DNA of 64,000 nt from the IMG/VR virus record IMGVR_UViG_3300002092_001548, positions 1 to 64,000 of that record, one strand, 5' to 3'. Below, piece by piece: positions 44,621-54,000 of this stretch (within the stretch, counting starts at the first letter, position 1; each line of letters begins with the position of its first letter). The notes under the pieces are model-generated. The model was not told the DNA's origin, did not search any database, and worked only from the letters and a program-made list of their open reading frames with translations. The stretch is from a virus. The translations under genes were made by a program, and so were the position numbers.

Positions 44621-46819
44621 ATGGCGTCTCCGCGTGGATCAATTCCAAGTACAAGAAATCGTGTTATTTATAATGCGTTAAATTTGTACGTGGGACAAAC
44701 TGATGCTATATCTGGTGATCATACTAGTTTAGGATCGGTTCGTCAGTTAACTCGTGTACAGAGTTTTGATGAAGATTTTTCTCGTAATTTAGTTGACGTT
44801 AATCGTTATGGACAATTGGCTGCGGTGGATCGTATTGATTCGCAGTCACCAATCGTCAAGGCAAATTTTTCATATTTATTAACTGATGCAAGTAATGAGT
44901 ATTATATGGGATTAACAGTTGGTAATTTATTTTCCGGTATATATCCAGCCTCTTGTATTTCTGACATACTTAATGGAAGTACTGATTCTAAAAATTATTT
45001 TTTAACTGTAGCTGATGATGGTAATGATGCAATTAAATACAAGGGAATGAATACTGGAGTAATTGGTATAGGTAATGCATGTATTACAAATTATTCAGTT
45101 GAGGCCGCAGTAGGTCAGTTACCTAAGGCAGCAGTTTCTTTGGAAGGATTTAATATTAATGTTCTCTATCCGATGCAGGGTAATGGTTATGATCAACTTC
45201 CGTCAGTTGATCCTAATAGGGGAAGTTCTGTAGCTGGCGGCTTTATTATTCCCGTGGGGTCGGGGAGTAATTCTGTAGACCAAGTTGCGGCACTCCAACC
45301 CGGTCAAATGACACTTTCGTTAAGCGGTATTCTTGGATTTAGCTCCACTGATCTCAAGATCCAAAATTTTAAGCTTAATATTCCATTAAATAGAAAGCCA
45401 ATAATAAGAGTTGGAAATAAATTTCCCTCATATCGCCCTATAGAGTTTCCCGTTAAAGCTACCATATCAATTGATGCGGAACTAGGGTCATTATATGCTG
45501 GTGGCGCGCCATATAACGCAACTCCATACAGTGGGCAGCTTAATGTTACTGGTGTTCCGCCTTGGTACTTGAACCCTAATGAAGGCAATACTAGCGTAAA
45601 TAATTTTGATAATATACTATGTGATACTGGTGTTTATAATTTACAAGTTGCATTTAAAAATCCAAACTGTGCGGCAACAGGATCAAATGCATTATTGTAT
45701 CAATTTAATAATTGCCGACTATTGAACCAAAAAGTTTCTACTGCAATTGGATCAAATGCCAAGTTAAGTGCGGAGTGGGAAATGCGCGTGGGCGCGCCAG
45801 AAGATTTAACTAATGGAGTTTTTATATATGGAAATGTTATTAATACGCGCCCTTACACTATAACAACCCTTTTAGTAGGGGGTGGAGGAGGAGGAGATGA
45901 TATTGCTTTTAATAAACAATCATTTCTTAATTACCATTTTAATACAGGAGTTGCAAATGGTGGTGATGGTGGACAGGTAGTTATTGGAAACCTATCCTTA
46001 CAACCGAATTCCACATATGGAATATATGTTGGTCCGGGGGGCGCTGGTGCTGGAAAACAGCAAAATTTTGCTTCTACCAGTTCTGCCAGTACAAGCACTT
46101 CGTCATCAACTTCAACTTCAAGTAATAGTACGATGAACCATGCCATCCAATTTGCAACAGATGGTCAAAGTTCGTATATAAATCATAATGCTCAAACAGT
46201 TTTGTTAGCAAATGGTGGCAAAAATGGTTGTTATAATAATTATACAAGAAGTTATGCTGGGGGTGGTGGAAATTTTTCTTCAAACTTGAGCATGGGGGTA
46301 AATGGTGCACCCGGTTATTTTTCTAATATATTAGGAACTGGGACATATTATGGCGGTGGAGGTGCCGGATATTTAATAACAGGAAATATAACTGGGGTTG
46401 CTGGATCGGGGGTGTTAGGGCGAGGCGGTAATGGTGGTTATAATAATGGAAATGGTCGCTTTTATGGTCAACCGCAACATGGTTCTGATGGTGCCGTGAT
46501 TCTTTCTATACCAGCGTCACGATTCTCTTCGCAGTATGCTTTCGGATATGAAACATTTTTTGCACAAATTTCTGGAACTGTTCTTCATCTTATTCACAAT
46601 CCGAATAAATATGTTGACCTTCCTGTTGGATCGCAAATTACTGGACCTGGCGTTTCATCCGGAACTTATATAACAGCACTTCTTGGTAATGATAATTATT
46701 CTGTAAATATTTCACAAAACATTGGTTATGTATCAATGAATGCTACTTTGGGTAGTGTTTCAAGAAATGGTTCGAATGTAATTTTAACTTATCTATCGGC
46801 GGGAACATATACAGCATAA
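44621..46819 (+). CDS. tail-tube paralog fused to a glycine-rich domain
   Basis: aa ~7-405 collinear with 47686-48891; then VGGGGGG..YGGGGAG..GSDGAVI glycine-rich domain. Confidence 0.75.
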   Translation: MASPRGSIPSTRNRVIYNALNLYVGQTDAISGDHTSLGSVRQLTRVQSFDEDFSRNLVDVNRYGQLAAVDRIDSQSPIVKANFSYLLTDASNEYYMGLTVGNLFSGIYPASCISDILNGSTDSKNYFLTVADDGNDAIKYKGMNTGVIGIGNACITNYSVEAAVGQLPKAAVSLEGFNINVLYPMQGNGYDQLPSVDPNRGSSVAGGFIIPVGSGSNSVDQVAALQPGQMTLSLSGILGFSSTDLKIQNFKLNIPLNRKPIIRVGNKFPSYRPIEFPVKATISIDAELGSLYAGGAPYNATPYSGQLNVTGVPPWYLNPNEGNTSVNNFDNILCDTGVYNLQVAFKNPNCAATGSNALLYQFNNCRLLNQKVSTAIGSNAKLSAEWEMRVGAPEDLTNGVFIYGNVINTRPYTITTLLVGGGGGGDDIAFNKQSFLNYHFNTGVANGGDGGQVVIGNLSLQPNSTYGIYVGPGGAGAGKQQNFASTSSASTSTSSSTSTSSNSTMNHAIQFATDGQSSYINHNAQTVLLANGGKNGCYNNYTRSYAGGGGNFSSNLSMGVNGAPGYFSNILGTGTYYGGGGAGYLITGNITGVAGSGVLGRGGNGGYNNGNGRFYGQPQHGSDGAVILSIPASRFSSQYAFGYETFFAQISGTVLHLIHNPNKYVDLPVGSQITGPGVSSGTYITALLGNDNYSVNISQNIGYVSMNATLGSVSRNGSNVILTYLSAGTYTA

Positions 46820-46820
46820 T

Positions 46821-47621
46821 ATGGCTATTTTCACACAACTCGATTCAAATAATATAGTCCGAAATCTTTATAAGATTTCTGGTGGTACGGCATCTACCGA
46901 AGAGGGCGGGGTTGCATTCTGTGAACAGATTTGGGGACCGGGCCAATACATTCAAACTTTTGAAGAAGTGGGCCCAAAAAATAAAAGGCATAAAAATGCT
47001 GAAATTGGTGATTACTATGATTCAATAACCGATGGTTTTTATAGCACACGTATAGCACAAAATAATCGTATGCCATCTAGATGGCTAAACCTTCCAAACG
47101 GAACTTCTTACTGTGTTAATTATAGGGTTGCTAGTAGTACATTTCTTTCACTTATTGTAAAACAATATTTTAATAATAATGAGCAGTCGTCACGGCCGCA
47201 TGATTTCGCGCGCACCAATGGCGTTGCTGCGCCAACTGGTACTCCATATGCGATTATTCGTGATCCGGTAAGCAGATTCATTTCTGCATATTCATTAAGG
47301 GTTCGTGGCGTACCCGGCTGGTATCCAGTAGACCAATTTATCGATTGGATGATTGTGCAAGATAAAACAAAATTAAATCCTCACTTCATACCCCAAGTAA
47401 ATCTAGTTGGATCTCCAGAACCATTGGGTATTACTTATTTTGATTTTGCCAAAGACTTTAGTCCCATGGCGGTTACGCTTGGGCTTCCAACGCCAATACC
47501 CCAAAGAAATAAAACTGACGTATCAAAAAAACCAGTATTAACTCTAGATCAAATAACAAAATTACAGAATTTCTATTCTGATGATATGGATTTATATGCT
47601 AGAGTAAAAGCCCAAACATAA
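46821..47621 (+). CDS. sulfotransferase family 2-like protein with a phage N-terminal domain
   Basis: RVASST (5'-PSB-like), IRDPVSRFISAY (3'-PB), HFIPQ, YSDDMDLY. Confidence 0.7.
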   Translation: MAIFTQLDSNNIVRNLYKISGGTASTEEGGVAFCEQIWGPGQYIQTFEEVGPKNKRHKNAEIGDYYDSITDGFYSTRIAQNNRMPSRWLNLPNGTSYCVNYRVASSTFLSLIVKQYFNNNEQSSRPHDFARTNGVAAPTGTPYAIIRDPVSRFISAYSLRVRGVPGWYPVDQFIDWMIVQDKTKLNPHFIPQVNLVGSPEPLGITYFDFAKDFSPMAVTLGLPTPIPQRNKTDVSKKPVLTLDQITKLQNFYSDDMDLYARVKAQT

Positions 47622-47685
47622 AATATATTTAATAGTGTCTGAATTGGCCTGTCTAATGTAATTATAACTATAACCTAAAAAATTT

Positions 47686-48891
47686 ATGGCAATACCCTCT
47701 ACTAGAAATCGCATTATTTATAACGCTCTTAACCTTTATGTTGGTCAGGTTGATCCTGTTACCGGAAACCATACAGTTGCGGGAAATATGAGGCAGCTAA
47801 CTCGTATTCAGAGTTTTGATGAGGATTTTGCACGTAACTTAACTGATATTAACCAGTATGGACAATTAGCCGCTATTGACCGTATTGATCTTCAGGCACC
47901 TACAGTTAAGGCTAACTTCTCTTATCTATTAACAGACGGAAGTAATGAAGATTTCATGGGTTTGGATGTTAATACTGGTCAAGGCCAATATTCTTGTATT
48001 TCTGGTATTCTAAATAATACAAGTGATGCACTAAATTATTTCTTAACAATTGCCGATGAGGGTAATGATGCCGTTGGTTACAAAGGTGCAAATACTGGTG
48101 TTATTGGTATTGGAAATGCTTATCTAACCTCTTATGCGGTTGAGGCTGCGGTGGGTCAGCTTCCAAAAGCAACTGTTTCATTAGAGGGGTTGAATATTAA
48201 CGTTCTATACCCAATGCAGGGTAATGGTTACGATCAGCTTCCCTCAGTTAATCCTGCAAATGGAATTCCTGTTACAGGTGGTTTTATAATTCCAGCTGGT
48301 AGTGGTAATAACTCCTCAACTCAGGTTACAGCCCTCCAGCCCGGCCAGATGACTCTTGCTATTAGTGGTATTCTTGGTTTCTCCAATACAGATCTTAAGA
48401 TTCAGAACTTTAAACTTAACCTACCACTAACACGCAAACCTATCCTAAAATTAGGTAGTAAGTTTGCAATTTCCCGTGTTGTTGACTATCCAGTTAAAGC
48501 AACCCTCTCAATCGATGCTGAGATCGGTAATCTATATGCTGGTGGTGTGCCTTATAATACTGGTGCATATTCCAACCAGACTGGTGTTACTGGCGTTCCC
48601 CCTTGGTATCTTGATCCTACTGAAAATAACCAGAGTGTTAATAATCTAGCAAATGCTCTTTGTGATACTGGTGTTTACAACCTGCAGGTTGCATTCCAGA
48701 ATCCTAATTGCGCTGGAACAGGCACAAACGCTCTTATTTATCAATTCAATAACTGCCGTTTAATGAACCAAAAGATCACAACCTCAATCGGTGCCAACGC
48801 AAAGCTAACTGCCGAGTGGGAAGCCCAACTTGGCGGCCCTCAGGATCTAGTTAATGGCGTGTTTATCTCTGGAAGCTATCCTGCTCTCTAA
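47686..48891 (+). CDS. major tail (tube) protein
   Basis: 401 aa, codon-biased, followed by a strong terminator and then chaperones and tape measure. Confidence 0.7.
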   Translation: MAIPSTRNRIIYNALNLYVGQVDPVTGNHTVAGNMRQLTRIQSFDEDFARNLTDINQYGQLAAIDRIDLQAPTVKANFSYLLTDGSNEDFMGLDVNTGQGQYSCISGILNNTSDALNYFLTIADEGNDAVGYKGANTGVIGIGNAYLTSYAVEAAVGQLPKATVSLEGLNINVLYPMQGNGYDQLPSVNPANGIPVTGGFIIPAGSGNNSSTQVTALQPGQMTLAISGILGFSNTDLKIQNFKLNLPLTRKPILKLGSKFAISRVVDYPVKATLSIDAEIGNLYAGGVPYNTGAYSNQTGVTGVPPWYLDPTENNQSVNNLANALCDTGVYNLQVAFQNPNCAGTGTNALIYQFNNCRLMNQKITTSIGANAKLTAEWEAQLGGPQDLVNGVFISGSYPAL

Positions 48892-48916
48892 TAGATAAAT
48901 AAAACAATCAAAGTAC

Positions 48917-48946
48917 AGGGCACCTTCGGGTGCCCTTTATTTTTTT
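48917..48946 (+). terminator. intrinsic terminator after tail tube
   Basis: AGGGCACC-TTCG-GGTGCCCT + T-run. Confidence 0.9.
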
Positions 48947-49000
48947 ATAAGTGTAATAGAATTTGGTATAATAAGGTAATTAAAGGTTAAAGGTTTTATA

Positions 49001-49237
49001 ATGAATGTAGACATTAATAATTTTGTCGTTGCCGCTGTTACTGGCGAGATTAAAAAGCTGTATCTTTCTTTTCTTTATTCTGCTGAAGATTTAGTTAAAA
49101 CTGGAAAACTTTCCGAAGAAGATTACCAATGGTTAAGAAAACGTATTCTTGATTATGGGAATAATTCAATCCGAAATATTGACATTCAACTAAATAGTTT
49201 TGATTTTAGCTTTAGAAACAAAGAAAATAATATATAA
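49001..49237 (+). CDS. hypothetical protein
   Basis: 78 aa, RKRILDYGN. Confidence 0.65.
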   Translation: MNVDINNFVVAAVTGEIKKLYLSFLYSAEDLVKTGKLSEEDYQWLRKRILDYGNNSIRNIDIQLNSFDFSFRNKENNI

Positions 49238-49241
49238 ATTT

Positions 49242-49952
49242 ATGGAAAACAAAAAATGGTACTATCAGTTTGATGCGGAACGAGAAATTAAGAATGAGGA
49301 CGGAACTTCTACAAAAGAAAGTTCAAAGTTCGCAATCTTAAAACCAAACCGCAGAACCCGTGAGGATGGTGAGTTATTTTATGCTAGTGAAACATCTCGC
49401 TTTGCGAAGGCAGGAGTTCTTCCAAAGGCTGCATGGAATACAATTCTTTCTAATGGCGGCGGCACTGTAAGTGATGACCAGAAAGAAGAATATGGTTCTT
49501 TGATTGTACAATTTCGTGATAAGAGTTTTGAGTTGCAGTCCTTATTGATTAAATCAGATGGCGAGCGTAGTACTGAAGAGAAGGCACGTTTAGACCTCTT
49601 AACAACTGAAATGGAAGAGGTTCGTCGGAAGATTCAATCTTTTGAGTCTGCGCAAATTAATATTTTTGAGAATACTGCCGAAGCTAAGGCCAGAAATCGC
49701 GCTATCCTTTGGTGGGTTGTTAACCTTGCCCATAAGAGTATTGACGGTAAATTTGTTCCCATCTTTGATGCTGAAAATTTTGAAGCAAATCTTGATAAGT
49801 ATGATGAGATTGAGCAATTGGAAGATGGTGGCTTTATGATGGGTATTCTTCGTAAGTTTACGTATTTAGTTACGCTATGGTTCTTGGGCCGGGCCGAAAC
49901 AGAAGAAGATTTCGCCACTTTCTCTAAGAACCTAGAATCTGGCACCGCATAA
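49242..49952 (+). CDS. putative tail assembly chaperone
   Basis: helical protein between tail tube and tape measure; ATG at 49242. Confidence 0.55.
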   Translation: MENKKWYYQFDAEREIKNEDGTSTKESSKFAILKPNRRTREDGELFYASETSRFAKAGVLPKAAWNTILSNGGGTVSDDQKEEYGSLIVQFRDKSFELQSLLIKSDGERSTEEKARLDLLTTEMEEVRRKIQSFESAQINIFENTAEAKARNRAILWWVVNLAHKSIDGKFVPIFDAENFEANLDKYDEIEQLEDGGFMMGILRKFTYLVTLWFLGRAETEEDFATFSKNLESGTA

Positions 49953-49953
49953 T

Positions 49954-50985
49954 GTGCAAAAAGTCGAATATGGTAAAATTTTTACAGAGATAACAAACGG
50001 TTATTCTCAGGTTACCATTGATGGTAAAGACTATTTTTTTAAACACCCCAGTCAAGCAGAAAACTTTGAGATCTATGATAGATATAATTCTATCTATGCG
50101 TTTGCCAGATCAAGGGGTATTCAAACTGAAGAGGAAAAGGTTGCTACGGCAATAAAGGGCGGATGGTGGACGAAACAAAAAGAAGATGAGATAGAAAATT
50201 TAAGGGAGTTAAATAAAAGCCTTCGACAAACAAGGGAGAAACTCCTGTATCCATCTCAAAAAGCAGATATAGATAAACAAATCACCCGAAACGAGAGAAT
50301 ACTTGTTTTTAATAATAAGCAAAGAAGTGATGCCGTGGGCTATACTGTGGAACACTATGCTGGGGAAAGATTCCAAGACGAAACTATTATTCAGGTAACC
50401 TATAAAAATAAGGAATTAACAGAAAGGCTATTCTCGGATGATAATGAATATTACTATTTATCTGAGGACATTGTGGAGAAGATAAAGAAGGGTTATAACG
50501 CGCACTCTAACCTAATAACACAGAGAAGTATTAAATGTGTGGCTGCATGTGGCTTTTTTCAGAATTTAATCTTTGTGGCGGAGACGAAACCTTCTGACGT
50601 TTGGGGGCGCGCGGCGACTCAGTGTACAAAATACCAATTAGACTTGCTTATATACGGTAAGATATTTAAAAATTTAATTAAATACCGCGCAGAATCAGGT
50701 ACGCCATTGAGTGAAGAAGTTATTAATAGTCCAGAGAAGCTAGTTGACGTATCAGAACACGAGTCTGGAGGGTCAGCAACAAGACAGGAAACTGCTTCAG
50801 TTTCGAGTTCGGATGGGCAAAGCGAAACTAAGGTTTCTAGTTTTGTGGGCGCAACGAAAGAAGACCTAAAAGCGATGGGTGTTAAAGTTGCAAAGATTGG
50901 CGGTAAAAGCTTATTAGACCTAGCGAAAGAAAACGGTGGAAAGCTTGATAAGGGACAATATCTCGATGCGCGGTTAAAGATGTAA
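49954..50985 (+). CDS. putative second tail assembly chaperone
   Basis: 343 aa directly before the tape measure. Confidence 0.5.
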   Translation: MQKVEYGKIFTEITNGYSQVTIDGKDYFFKHPSQAENFEIYDRYNSIYAFARSRGIQTEEEKVATAIKGGWWTKQKEDEIENLRELNKSLRQTREKLLYPSQKADIDKQITRNERILVFNNKQRSDAVGYTVEHYAGERFQDETIIQVTYKNKELTERLFSDDNEYYYLSEDIVEKIKKGYNAHSNLITQRSIKCVAACGFFQNLIFVAETKPSDVWGRAATQCTKYQLDLLIYGKIFKNLIKYRAESGTPLSEEVINSPEKLVDVSEHESGGSATRQETASVSSSDGQSETKVSSFVGATKEDLKAMGVKVAKIGGKSLLDLAKENGGKLDKGQYLDARLKM

Positions 50986-51025
50986 CGTGTAAATATTACT
51001 GAGTGTTTCACTCGGCAAAAGGACT

Positions 51026-54000
51026 ATGGCTACAAACGCACAAATTAATGTAACAGCTAATACTAGCGGAGCTCAACGCGCGGTAGAGGCCATATTTAAA
51101 AAAGATTATAATCTTAATGTAAATATTAAAGGTGGGCAGCCTTTAGGGAGAATTACGGGTGACTTAAGTGAGTTTAATAAGTCGATGGAAGCAGCTAATG
51201 CTCGCGTTATTGCTTTCGGCGCTAGCGCCAGTGTTGTATATGGAATTCAAAAAGCATTTCATTCCCTTGTTGACTCGACTGTTGAGGTACAAAAAGCTCT
51301 AAACCAAATACAAGTTGTTCTTAATGTTAGTAATAAAGACATTACTCAATTTGGTGCTAATTTATTTAACGTAGCAAAGCAAACGGGGCAAAGCTTTGAG
51401 ACCGTTGCTGAGGCCGCAACACTTCTTTCTCGTCAGGGGTTAGGGATGGAAGAAACTTTAAAAAGAACTAATGATGCTCTGGTGCTTTCTCGTATTACCG
51501 GAATGGATGCTGCAAAGAGTGTTCAAGCCTTAACTGCTGCCGTTAACTCGTTTACAAGCCAAGCTGTTACCGCCTCTGAGGTTGTTAATAAATTTGCGAC
51601 AGTTGATACCCAGTTTGCTATCGGTGCCAAAGATTTGCCGGAAGCTATTGGTCGAGTTGGTTCTTCGGCGGCACAGGCAGGAGTCTCTCTGGATCAACTT
51701 ATTGCGCTTGTTACCGCAACTCAGGTTGCGACTGCTCGTGGTGGTGCCGTTATCGGTAACTCGTTCAAAACAATTTTTACAAGATTAGATCGTCCAAAAA
51801 CTCAGGCGCTATTGGAGAGTCTGGGGATTGGAACTACAGATGAAAATGGGAAAGCAAAAGGAACTATTGAACTATTACAGTCTTTGGCTGGTGCATATGA
51901 GGGACTAAGTAAAACTCAAAAGGGGCAAGTTGCAGAAAAGGTTGGTGGTGTATTCCAAATTAACATTTTAAAAGCAGCGCTAGCAGATTTAAATAAAGAG
52001 TATTCAGTTTATGGAAACGCGTTAAGGGTTTCTGCTGGTGCAACTGATGACGCTTATAAACGTAATGAGGCGTTAAATCAAACTTATTCGGCACAGTTAA
52101 ATGCCTTACAATTGAATGCAAAGCAACTTTCTGCAAATGTTGGCGAGAAGCTTTTGGGGCCATCAATGTCAAAATTAATTGGCGGCGCAAATTCTTTATT
52201 AGGTGGAATTAACGAGTCTGATTCAAATTCTGTCGGAGCTAAAATAGCAAACGGTATTCTTAGTGGCTTGGGCCAAGTCCTTTCGGGACCGGGGCTTGCA
52301 CTGATTGGCGGCGTTCTATTAAAACTGTTGGTTGACTTCACAAAATTTGCTGCTAGTGGAACAAAAGATTTATTGGGTCTAAATACTGCAACTAAAGAGC
52401 AGGCTGATTTACAAAAAAGTATAACAGCAATTCTTTCCAAGGATCCTTCAATATACAAGCAAATTGAAACTGGTGCGATGAGCGTTAATGACGTTTCTAA
52501 AGCACTTTTAGCTAATTTAAAATTACAGACCGCAGAATTAGAATTACAATCAAAGCTTTCGGCAGAAATAGCGAGTAAGGTTTTTGCTGGTGGCGCAAGA
52601 GTTAGTGGCGGTGTGGCTAGGGTTGGTAAGGCTAGTGGTTATATTCCTAATTTTGCAAGCGATGAGGATATGGAGGAGATGCATGCGAGAATGCTTGGTG
52701 CAAGGAACCCTCGCGCAAAAGAGGGGCGTGGAACTATTGGTGGCAAGAGGTTCCTAATGAATAGTGAGGAGGATGAGATTCCTAATTTTGGAAGTAATGG
52801 TGATTCGGCTGTTATTCCAAGATATGCCGGAGGTTATGTACCAAATTTTGCAGGACGACCAGCAAAAAGAAAGAGGCCATCGGATATATCTGCAGCTGAA
52901 AAAAAAGAGGCTAGAAGAGATGCTGGCCCACCTATAGACCTTGGTTTTACAAATGCTATTTCTTTGATATATGGAAGGAAGGCTGGTGTTTCAGATGCAA
53001 CTGGAACGTGGGAAGATAAAAATACATTCCAAAAATATAAATTAGGTTTTCATAAAGCTGGTTTGAAGTTGCCAGTAAACCCAAAGGAAGCAAATTTAGA
53101 AGATAGGCTTTTACAGTCCTTTATAGATGAAACTAATAATTATATTAAAATATTAGGATCAAATACAAGCATACAAAATGTTTCGCAATTTGCAAATACT
53201 GGATCTGTGAACTCAATGCTTGGTAACATATTTGAAACTGCTGTTAACTATGCGACTGGGCAAAATTTTATTGAAAGAGAGGGCGGTCAAGTTTCTGGGA
53301 TCGATTTTCCTGCTCCCCGCGATGAATTACGAGAATTATTTCATAATGCGCCTGGTCAATATGAAGCAAAACATAATGATTCTCAAAATCTTACGAACGA
53401 TGTTGTTAAAAAGGCTATTACAGCCGGATTGGTGCCAATACCTAGAAAGAGTCATGCTTCTGGCTATATTCCTAATTTTGTAGATGCACTACATGAATCT
53501 ATTTCCCGTGAAATTGGCGCCGGGGCCCCAAAGAGTGGAATCTATGTAAAACAATATTCTGAACTTGCCGGATCTGATAACCCAATGGGGCTTGGTGTTT
53601 TCAATTCTCGCGATGAGGGTTCCCCATCAAAAGAAAAGGGTGCAATTCGTCGTAAGGGTTACGCTGCTGGTTACGTTCCTAATTTCGCAGATGATTCGGT
53701 TTCGAGTGGTGGCGGTGATATGCGCGGCGCAACGACTGCGATGAGTGGAGAGTTGCTGTCTATGGTTACGATGATGGCTGTGGGCAATAAAGGTATAAAG
53801 AAATCATACGACGAGGAATTAGATAACAGAAGAAAAGCCACCGCGGAACTTATAACTGAAAATGAAAAAGAACTAGAAATAAAAAGAAATGCGGCATTAA
53901 AAGCTGTAGAAGATATTAATACTTGGACATCTCTTGAGGCGGAAGCTAGAAAAAGCGGGATAGCGGCAGATATTGAAGAAGCAGAGATGCATGTAAAGCA

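Noticed and set aside
46070-46135. Ser/Thr-rich tract as a diversity-generating or tandem-repeat locus
   Set aside because: Simple low-complexity linker; no template/variable repeat pair or reverse transcriptase in the window.
49900-49960. Programmed frameshift joining the two tail chaperone genes
   Set aside because: No clear X XXY YYZ slippery site before the stop at 49952; the second ORF has its own GTG start.
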